A DNA stretch of 63,045 nucleotides, counting the filler, from Olpidium bornovanus S191 (taxonomy: Eukaryota > Fungi > Olpidiomycota), in assembly GCA_017911155.1 (NCBI GenBank). It is 28 parts of 28 records of this genome, joined end to end, with 100 filler letters (N's around TTAATTAATTAA, not from the genome) between each part and the next. Parts side by side here need not be neighbours in the genome. Positions count along the whole stretch, not along the records: positions 1 to 4,254 come from JAEFCI010012735.1; positions 4,355 to 5,907 come from JAEFCI010002511.1; positions 6,008 to 7,878 come from JAEFCI010004676.1; positions 7,979 to 9,143 come from JAEFCI010007062.1; 24 more parts are not named here. The stretch is one strand, 5' to 3'. A program made the position numbers and the translations under genes. Positions 1 to 9,243 of this stretch are shown here, piece by piece. Numbering within the stretch: the first letter of the stretch is position 1; every line of letters starts with the position of its first letter. Below the pieces are notes generated by a model. It was given only the letters and a program-made list of their open reading frames with translations, was not told where the DNA came from and made no database searches.

Positions 1-1528
1 CATGATAGAACGGAACTGGTGTACGGGAAGGAGAAGCTGAAGGACCCCGACGATTCCGGCAGTGTCTTGCATCCTCGCGCTTTTCACAGTAGTCGTAGGA
101 ACTGCGAGTCGATAGCCGTTTTTAAGGCCCCTGAAGGAATAGAAATGGTTGCTGCGTTTTGCGGGCAGGGAGGCAAACTTGATCCTCGACCTTTTCCGCG
201 AGCGGGGACTACTCCCTACAACTTGCCTGAGCGGAGAGCTGTTGCCAGCGGGACACGCCGTTGGTATTTAGCAGGTGAGATAAGGCATACTGACTCCAAT
301 GTGTGCAGAAATGAAAGTTCTACCCGCAGTGAGGGTCATGGCGCGTCCATTCCGGAATTGGCAGGCAATAGAGCATGTGCGGAATTCCGAGGTCAGGGTA
401 TTGCCGAACAAGATCGACTGCTCAAAATGCCAGTTGCCGCACTCGTTCTGGACAGCAAACCACTCCCGTGCCTTCGCGAACACCGCGCAGGCCACAGAGT
501 ACTCAAGGCGTGGCTCGAGTGCTGCAAGCGCTGCGACCGGGCACCGTTCCTGTTAACTATCTCACGTGAAGACGTCTGTAGTTCACGGGCGCGAGGGGTG
601 CGCTGCAAAGGGCGATCACCCACGTTTGGCGATCGTTCTCTTCGCCGCTCTCGCTGTGACGTTTTGACGTTTGGCGTCGCCGTCGTCATATAGCTAATAT
701 CTTAATTATAAATATTGGGAGAAAGAGAAACAGCGCATCCAGACACAGTGGCGACAGACCAACGAAACTGTGTGCGCCCCCGCCTTTTCACCGGGAACGC
801 GCCCTTCGACGCCGTGGGTAACAGGAAGGCCGCGGATGTCATCGGGCGTCGTCCTCCTCTTCCGGAAGGCCGAGAGTTGCTAAAGCCGAAGGGCCCTTCT
901 CGCAAATTGCTACGTTTTATCGACCCGAGAGTTGCGGGCCTCGCTTCCGCGGTATCCGGCTTGGTACGGAGAAGCACCTCGCGGGCACGCTGCTCCGGCC
1001 TTTGCACACGTTCTTGTTACGCAGAGGTTGCCGCGGCGGCGGGCGTTTAGTGGGGCCGACGCGGCTCCACAGGAGGCCCGCTGGCGGCGATGTCGTCCGC
1101 TTCCACTAGAAGAGGGCGAAACCACGAACGCACAAGTAGTACACACGCCGGTTCAAAGGATGGACGGACGTGGAAAGCGCGGGCGGGCTGCCAACGTGTT
1201 CCGCAGCTCCGATGGGGAGTGGTTAAGGTTTCCCTTCCGGCCGCCGGCGCCGCAGGTGTTAGTGCCCCCCTTCCCCATCTTTCTGCTGCTGTCGGGGACC
1301 CATCGCCCGCCGTAGGCATAACGACGCGGTTGCACCCGCTTCTGGCTGGATACGACAGTGCACCACAAAAGCTGCACAACAGGTGAAACCGCCGAAATCG
1401 CGTGGCACGCGGGTCCGTTTTTCGCCAAAGCAAGGAAAAAGTCCTGCGAGCATATCTTTGCCGCATCGCTAGGTGCGAATCTCCCCGCGATTGAGTATCC
1501 CCGCCGCTAAAGCAACCTGTCCCTCGAG

Positions 1529-4158
1529 ATGGCGGAAGCGGTCGAGGAGCACAAAACGGCTCCGGTCGACAACCAGGCACCTCCCGCGGAGCAGGCCGGC
1601 GGCGCCGTAGCGTCCACGCCGGCCGTTGGATCCGGCACCGACGTACGTGATCTGCAGGTGGTAGCTGACGTACAGGCGATTCCTTTCAGCTGGGGGGGCG
1701 GGGGTGCTGATCGAACTTTTTCGTCTCCGGCAGCCTGCTCGGGCGGCGCCTTTGCCGTCTAGTAGATCTCTCAACAAATCAAAAGGCTCGCTGAAGGGCG
1801 CGTATGGGGGGGTGGCAGGCGGTATCCGTTTTGGTTTTACTACTGATACACGTCTCGTGCTGACTTTGATGTTCTCGTTGACCAGGAAGCCGATCCAAAG
1901 TGGGATCGAGGGCAAGCCTGCGAGGGTCGCAGAGGACGAAAACCGCTGGATCCAAAGCGAACGTCAATGTCCAAGAGGGCGAGACGCCAGTCGATCTAGG
2001 CGCCCAGGATGCCACCACAAAAGTTGTGCAGGACCCACCGGTTTATGCAGGCAACCCGCCGCGTGCGTCAATGACAGCCATCACTACGCCCGTTGAGCGT
2101 AATGACAGCCAGCAGGATGCAGGAGGCCGCGCCGGCGAGTTCGAAACTGGCGGGGACGATCTTGAGAAAGCGCTGGACAGCGTCCAGGCGGAGATCTTGG
2201 ATTCCCGGCAGGAGATCTACCGCGGGGGGGCCGGTTCGGAAGTTATGGAGATAATCCCGACGGAGGCGGAGGAGAACCCGGCGTACGCGGCCCTGCAGCG
2301 GGAGCTGGTCAATTCTCCTGCCATGGAGGCGAGGGGGGGCTACATTTTCGCCAACCAGGGTTACGACACGGAGGAGGACGCTCGCCTCATCGACCTCTGC
2401 GAGGCGCTGTCGCGCGCCGACTCCATCGCGGACACGGCAGCGCAGGAGGAAGCGCACGCGTCCGCCGAGGCGACCGTCCCGCTGATTCGACCGTCGTCGC
2501 CCGCGGCGGCCGAAGCGCGCGCCGTGCAGCAGACGCTGGAGGACGCCAGCGAAGCGCTCAGGCTCGTGGCCGAAGGGGCGGCGAGCGCGGTAGGCGCAGC
2601 GGGGCCGGCCGGCCCGGAACTTGCCCCGCAGGCGGCTGAGGCGGAACCGGGAAACCCGCTTTTTGCCGAAGCGATCGACCGCGAGGCGGTGGTTAGCCAG
2701 ATACGGAGCGTCCTCGAGCAGAAGGAGAAATTACGGGGACGAAACATTCTGCTGCAGAACAAGTTGGCCGAGCACTTCAAGCGGAAAAGGGTGCGACCCG
2801 ATATGCGGGACCTTTATAAAAACTTTTGAGTGCGGGGGACCACTCCCCTTAACCCCGTTCTTGGGGAGCGGGGAAGATGCGGGGGGGGGGGGGGGGTTTT
2901 GGGGGGGGGGGGGTGGGGGGGGGGGGGGGGGGAGGATTTGGGGGGAAGAGGGAAAAAGTACTGTTGAAACCGCGCAACAATTGCCTGAAAAAAGAGCTTG
3001 ACCGTGCAAAACCTTGTGTGCTGCAGGCGGACGACAGCAGGGACACGGAGAAATCTGTCACGGATCAGGAGCAGCGGTACGCGAACTGCATCGCGGCACT
3101 CAAGGACCTCAAGGCCGAGCTAGACGCGCTGAACACGACCAACCAGAAGGTCGAGAGCGAGCACAGCGCGCGGCTGGAGGAGAAGCGGCAGGACACGCTG
3201 CTTAAAGCGCAGGAGTTCATCCAGTTCAAGCGGCAGGTCGCCCTCGCCGCCGAGAACTCGCGGACCGGCAAGCCCCTCCAGCCCAAACAGGTCGAGCAGC
3301 TCGAGGCCAACGAGGCCAGGAAGGAGGCCGAGGTCGTCGTCGTCAGGCTCGAGAACATCAAGCTCCGCAACCGTCTCCGCAGGCACGAGCAGCTCCTCCG
3401 GCAGAAGGAGGAGCTCGCCGAGGGGCTACATTTGATCGACTTCGAGCAGCTGAAGATCGAGAATACGACGTATAACGAAAAGATCGAGGAGCGCAACGAG
3501 GTCGGCGAGAAAACTCTGCTTGTGCGCGGAGAAACCTCCCCTCCCCCCCTCGGGAAAGGCAAAACGCATCCCGCTTCACTAGGCGGGGCTGACCGCTCTT
3601 ACACCATCCCCCCCCCCCCCCCGCCCCCCTCCCTCGCTGCAGGAACTCCTCAAACTTCGCAAGAAGATAACCAACATCGTCCAGGTGCTCACGCACGTCA
3701 AAGAGAAGCTTCAGTTCGTTCAGGGGGAGGTGGTGCAGTTCCGCGACCATCTCAAGGTCATCGACGCCGATGTGGCAAAGATGCGCGACACGCTCCCGCA
3801 GACCAAGCAGGAGCGCGATCGGCTCCGAAACGAGAACGTGGCGCTCAAACAGCGCAACGGCCTGCTCGGAAACGACGCGCTGCTGAGGGACTACGAATTC
3901 CGGGTGGTGAGCGGACCCGCGCGGTGTGCCCGTTTATGCGTGCATATTCTCGGGTGCCGGTTTGGAGAAATCGTTGACTTTTTCACGTGGGTTTTTTTTT
4001 GGGCCTTCCAGGACGACGCGGTTGTCCTCAACGCGCGGATAGACCAGTACAGAGCGCACCACGCCGAGCTATCCGCGGAAGCGCTGGCGATCAAGAGGAA
4101 CATCCAAAAGGCGCTGCAGTCGCAACTCTCGGCCATGGTAGCAACGCTCAAGATCTAG
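1529..4158 (+). CDS. CCDC96: Coiled-coil domain-containing protein 96 (CFAP184, DUF4201), cilium/flagellum-associated; spliced
   Basis: Exons ~1886-2790, 3027-3500, 3643-3903 and 4012-4158 join in frame across GT..AG introns. The product carries the CCDC96 signature 'EELAEGLHLIDFEQLKIENTTYNEKIEERNE|ELLKLRKK' and 'GLLGNDALLRDYE'. First exon (ATG 1529) and its donor are uncertain. Confidence 0.88.
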
Positions 4159-4254
4159 ACCCCAAAAATAAAAGAATCCCCTCTATACAACAACGGTCAA
4201 GATGTCTACGCACAACACGGCTCCGGCAGGCATCACGCCTGAAATCGCGTCCTA

Positions 4255-4354
4255 NNNNNNNNNNNNNNNNNNNNNNNNNNNNNNNNNNNNNNNNNNNNTT
4301 AATTAATTAANNNNNNNNNNNNNNNNNNNNNNNNNNNNNNNNNNNNNNNNNNNN
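4255..4354. other. Artificial contig-joining spacer (first of 27 identical ones)
   Basis: 44 N + TTAATTAATTAA (stops in all six frames) + 44 N. Recurs at 5908, 7879, 9144, 13724, 14926, 16052, 17767, 18906, 20103, 23010, 27438, 30734, 33580, 35715, 40490, 42442, 44644, 46519, 48001, 50254, 51461, 52857, 55640, 56879, 59101 and 60736. Confidence 0.99.
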
Positions 4355-4542
4355 CATGCGGCAAAGCGGTCAGCCTGCTCGCTCAGGGAAGGAACGGCCT
4401 TGACGTACGTAATGGCAGGTTAGCGGGTGCGTGGTACTTCGGTGTGTTGCGATTGTTGTGAACCGGAAAAGTGCGCTCTATGGTCACGCGATCAAAGATG
4501 CAAAAGACCGGGATGGGAGCTCCCCTGGGGTTCTCCCTCCCG

Positions 4543-4613
4543 ATGTCAAACCGCAAACAAACGAAAGAAAGGAAGGAAAAAGAGAGCCCCATCCCACAAC
4601 ATGTTATCAGCAC
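4543..4613 (+). mobile_element. Putative Copia LTR 3' end followed by a Bianca-type primer-binding site
   Basis: ...CCCACAACA (LTR-like CA end, 4601) is followed directly by TGTTATCAGCAC. This resembles the CGTTATCAGCAC PBS of Bianca-lineage Copia elements, which is complementary to an internal part of tRNA-iMet, with one C>T change. Confidence 0.5.
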
Positions 4614-4923
4614 CATTGCCCGGCGCCCGTAGCTTTGCCCTCTCTCCCGTCGTTCGTCCGCCGAGCGTGCCTGCGCTCTGCCATGTGCGCCGCTGCCGCT
4701 TCGTCGCCGCCGCCGCAGTTGCCGCCGACGCCTGTCTCGCGCTCGCCGAGACTGCCGCTCGCTCCCTTCGCGCCGTCGCCCGCTCGCGCCCACCCGTCGC
4801 GCGCCGCCGGAATCGCCGTTTCGCGCCGCCGCACGTCTGCTTGCTCATTCATGCTCGCCCACGTCGTGCCCGCCCGTTCGCCTCGCCCTTGCCGAGAAGC
4901 TGAACGATCAACTTTGTGTTTCT

Positions 4924-5383
4924 TCGATGCCGGTCGCGGTGCAAAAGTCCTCAAAGGCTTGAGACCGAAATTCACGAGCGTTGTCCATCCGAGCTTCTTT
5001 ATTGGGTATTCTGGGTAGTGTGCCCAGAATTTGAGGACCTGTGCCAGAGTCTTCATAAAGACTTGGTTTCGCGTCGAAAGGAAAGAGACGTGAGAAACCA
5101 TGCCAACAGCATCGACAAAGGACGAAGAAATACCGAAATGGTCCGGATGCTGGGCGTATCAGTCCATAGATGTCCATGGATCCTGGCGAGCATCACCGCC
5201 AATTCTTTTTGGAGCTTCCACCTGGAAGGGCGTAAAACAAATTTTCCTCCTGCGCAGGCATCACATGGAGTTACTTCATTAGCATCCGCAATGCATAATG
5301 GGTGACCACTCAGGCTCGGAAGCATCTTCCGAAACATGGTTGACCCGGGGTGGCCGAGTCTCTCGTGCCACAGGGCCGAATCC
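4924..5383 (-). mobile_element. Degenerate Ty1/Copia GAG-pre-integrase plus integrase core (frameshifted)
   Basis: Reconstructed over about 3 frameshifts: DSALWHERLGHPGSTMFRKML..PCDACAGGK..ARIHG(D)IYGLIRPASGPFRYFFVL-VDAVGMVSHVSFLSTRNQVF..AHYPEYPIKKL-MDNAREFRSQAFEDFCTATGIE. HHCC zinc finger and the first two integrase acidic motifs are visible. Confidence 0.9.
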
Positions 5384-5768
5384 GTGGGGGAAGTGGTGGT
5401 TGCAAAGATGCAACGCCAGGGGCCCCAATCCGCACGGGATATAAACCACTTTCAGGAGCAAAGAGAATTTCAACAACTGAATTATTAAACAAGAGTCTAT
5501 AATTTGGATGGCATCTCAGACATCAACCACCGCAGTGGCGATACAGGCGCACGCCTGCAGGCTACTCTAGTCACGTGTCTGGCCACTAGACACACCAAGG
5601 TGCGCCTACACCGCGGTGTGGCCCCCGCCCCCGTCACATGACCCACATGGGTCCGCCCACGCAGGGGGACCCGCACGCTCGGCGGACCCACGCAAGGGGG
5701 GCCCGCACGCTCGATGCCCGCATGGGGAACTGTCCCCCCATGAAACTGTCTCCGCGCGGAACCCCACA

Positions 5769-5838
5769 CGGCGCGCCCATGCCCGGCGCGCCCATGCCCG
5801 GCGCGCACATGCCCGGCGCGCCCATGCCCGGCACGCCC
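5769..5838. repeat. 15-bp tandem repeat, about 4.6 copies
   Basis: Unit CGGCGCGCCCATGCC starts at 5769, 5784, 5799 (1 mismatch) and 5814, with a partial copy at 5829. Confidence 0.95.
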
Positions 5839-6713
5839 CGCCCGGAGCGTCTCACATGACGCGCCCAGCACGACAAGCCCACACACGATGAGGGCGCGGC
5901 TGTGCTCNNNNNNNNNNNNNNNNNNNNNNNNNNNNNNNNNNNNNNNNNNNNTTAATTAATTAANNNNNNNNNNNNNNNNNNNNNNNNNNNNNNNNNNNNN
6001 NNNNNNNTCCAAGGTGGACGCGGTGTGCCACTTCCCGAATATCGCCGGGGCTCTTAATCTCGTGGCGGCAGCGCACGTTCGCTGCACTGCGCTGTACACA
6101 TTTAGATGTGGGACAGTTGGCCGCATGGTCAATCAAAAACTCTGCCGTGAATTATATAGGAAATATGCCAGGCAACCGGCACAATCTGATGAGCGGAGTG
6201 GAAAAGTGCAAAAAAAAAAAAAAAAAAACCGGTTAATCGAGCACACGATTGCCTCCTTGCCATCCGGACGCCAACAGCTTCCCCGAAGCGGTTACAGGGC
6301 TGGTGAGGTGAGTTTCCCGGCGTGCGGACTTGGGAATCCCGCTTTGCCCAGCCGCGGCCAAGCGTTTCCGGTGACCGACCGGCAGAGGTGAACAGCCGGT
6401 GAGGCGGGGAAATCCCCGACAGCTGCCGAGAAAACATTTTCACGGCCTGCCGGTGGAAAGAGTTGCCCTTCGAACGCAACCTCTCGTCCCCGCCCCCCGC
6501 CGCCCGCTCCGCGCCGCACCCCACGCCCGCAGGCAACCCACCAACCAGAGCCGCTCTGAACGGTGCCTGCGAGAGGCGGAGGGCGCGGCCTCGCCACCGC
6601 GAGCCGAAGTCTCTGCTTTATAATTGTGGTCGGGCAGAGCCCGAAACGAGTCGGGTGAGAAGGCAGGAGGGCCCTCGCGCGGCGCGATCCTTGCGCAAGT
6701 CCGAGAAATTCCA

Positions 6714-7108
6714 GTCGAAAACGCCCGGAAGCGTGCTTATCTTCCGAACGAACCGAACGTTGAGTCCGCGAGGCGTTTATTGACCGTTATTGTAGTTTTT
6801 CTCAGGAAAATTATCCCCCACCAGCAAAAACGACCTGGATCAGACAAGGCTTGAATTTTCACCATATAAATTTAGAGGTTTTGGGGAAATTTTTTGGCAG
6901 CGGCTCAGACACAACGCCGGTAACTTTTTCACCACATCTTTTATCGGGCCGGAACCAGACAGCTTATATTATGTTTTTTTCGGATCAAAAACATTCTGTT
7001 TTCGATTACCCGAGACAATCGACGAAAATCTCGAAAACAGATATGATAAGGGGACCCCCAAACTTCCCGTCGAAAACGCCCGGAAGCGTGCTTCTCTTCC
7101 GAACGAAC
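6714..7108. repeat. 40-bp direct repeat pair flanking an AT-rich spacer
   Basis: GTCGAAAACGCCCGGAAGCGTGCTT(A/C)TCTTCCGAACGAAC at 6714-6753 and 7069-7108, 1 mismatch, 355 bp apart. Confidence 0.9.
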
Positions 7109-7772
7109 TAAAAACGAAGAGTGGATATATCTGCAGGGGGATTATCTACGTGCGTCCTGTGTCGCCGGTGTAGAAAACGTTGTCTCCGGAAAAAAAAAAA
7201 AGAAAAACTCGCGGTGCAGCGCGCTATTGTCTAGTCAAATGTACAGATCGTCCGTGGAAAAACTCCCCGGTCTTTTGCGTCTGGGTCGCGCCGCTGTGAT
7301 ACAGCGGGCGCGGGGCACCGCCGCGCTTCCCACCGCGCAGCACGCTGCGGAGATGGAGGGCGGAGACCCTTTGCCCGCTCGCATCACCTCGCGGAGAGCG
7401 CGTCCGCGTCTTCGCGCCGGCGCGCGCACGTAAAGTGAAAAAAAAAAAAAATTAACAAAAGTGGCTCATTCCCCGGGTCTCCCGGGAAACGTCGAGGCGG
7501 TCGAAGAGTGCGGTCTGACCCGCTCGAACTGCGCCACGAAACTCCTGTTGTCGTCGGCTGGATTCGCGCCGACGCCGGCGCCCAGTCCGACAGCCGGGAA
7601 CGGCGGCAACAAGTCCCGGAAGGAGTACGCTTCCGCAAACGACGAGCACACGGCGGACGCGGGCCGGTCTCGGAAGCGCTCCGACGGCGTAAAGTCGCCG
7701 AGCGCGGTTCCGAACTCGAGCGACCGGGCCGTGGGCGATGCGCTGGCGATTCCCCGAACAGCACACAAACCG

Positions 7773-7818
<46 letters not shown>

Positions 7819-7835
7819 GGGGGGGGGGGGGGGGG

Positions 7836-7872
<37 letters not shown>

Positions 7873-7978
7873 ACAAGANNNNNNNNNNNNNNNNNNNNNN
7901 NNNNNNNNNNNNNNNNNNNNNNTTAATTAATTAANNNNNNNNNNNNNNNNNNNNNNNNNNNNNNNNNNNNNNNNNNNN

Positions 7979-8703
7979 AAAGAAAGCTGAACCCTGACGG
8001 AACGATCTCCAAATACAGAGCGCGCTTCGTCGCCCAAGGCTACCGGCAAACGAAGGGCGTTGACTACCATGAGACCTTCTCCCCGGTGGTCTCGGCTACT
8101 GCTTTACGCATGGTCATAGCGACCGCAGCCAAGAACAATTGGACGATACGCCAGCGAGACGTCGTCTTAGCTTATCTAAACGGCAAACTCGAAGAAGAGC
8201 CATACATGGAGCAACCGGAGGGATTTGTGCAAAACGAGACAAAGGTCTGCCGGCTGCGCCGAGCGCTATACGGCCTCAAACAGAGCAAGCGCATATGAAA
8301 CCACCGACTTCACACAGAATTGACGCGCTTCGGCCTGATGCAACTTGCGTCAGAACCCTGTGTGTACGTGATGCCAGGACAAGGTCACGAGCAAGCGTGC
8401 GCCGTCGTTGCCATCTATGTGGACGACATCGTCATTGCCGGGCCAAACGCAAAATTCGTCCAAGAAATAGAGGAGAGGCTGGCCGAAAAATTTCAGATGA
8501 CGGATGGAAACAATATCTCCCTCATTCTGGGAGTTCGAGTCACGACGGATGGTGATGGGTCCATTCGCATGGACCAGACACACTACGCGTACCAATTGCT
8601 CCAAAAGTATGGGATGTTGGACGCACGACTGGTAAGTACTCCGCTCGAAAGCGGGACCGTCGAGGCACTGACAGGATCGAGCTCAGAAGGAGAAGACCAG
8701 GCT
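7979..8703 (+). mobile_element. Ty1/Copia reverse transcriptase (RVT_2) remnant with an in-frame stop
   Basis: KYRARFVAQGYRQTKGVDYHETFSPV..QRDVVLAYLNGKLEEEPYMEQPEGF..CRLRRALYGLKQS..AIYVDDIVIAG..DQTHYA..VSTPL. TGA at 8296-8298 sits where Trp is expected. RT similarity stops at about 8703. Confidence 0.95.
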
Positions 8704-9243
8704 TGTAGAATCGCCAGATCCCCGACATATAAAGTAGGCCTCGCCGAGCTAGAAAGTCCACAAAAATATACAGTTTTCTTCCTTCTACCGGTCTTACGGG
8801 TTCACCGCTCCTCCGCCTGCGGGTTTCCGAATACCCTCTCGGCTCTACTTTTATAATAGGGAGAGGGGCGGGGAAAGCGCCGGCTCCTGGCTTGCGAGGG
8901 TCCGAACTTTCCCTGCGATTATTCCCTTAAGGGAAACGCGCGCGCGCGCGCGCTCGCCCCGGGCGGGTTTTTCAGGGCGCCCGCTGCTCTGTCACAAGGC
9001 GGCACTTCGACACGGGGGCGCGACAAAAGAAAATCTCCCCGAGGCGCGAAAAAAAAAAACCGTGTTTCGACGAGGAACGAGCCGACAGCGGCCCGCGTCG
9101 CCGGGTGGGGGGGGGGGGGGGGGCGGGGGGGGCGGCCTTGGGTNNNNNNNNNNNNNNNNNNNNNNNNNNNNNNNNNNNNNNNNNNNNTTAATTAATTAAN
9201 NNNNNNNNNNNNNNNNNNNNNNNNNNNNNNNNNNNNNNNNNNN

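Noticed and set aside
1-693. 224-aa plus-strand ORF and an alternative minus-strand exon pair (about 557-326 and downstream)
   Set aside because: A plausible minus-strand intron exists, but no frame gave a recognisable protein or a consistent join. Left unannotated.
4299-4310. TTAATTAATTAA repeated 27 times as a biological repeat or CRISPR-like array
   Set aside because: Always centred in 44+44 N. It is a six-frame stop linker added when contigs were concatenated.
7452-7930. Poly-Lys, poly-Phe, poly-Pro and poly-Gly ORFs in the six-frame track (also near 15231, 23667, 24431, 34208, 35441, 48045 and 57451)
   Set aside because: They are translations of homopolymer runs and GC-rich non-coding or antisense DNA with few stops. 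There are no conserved motifs.
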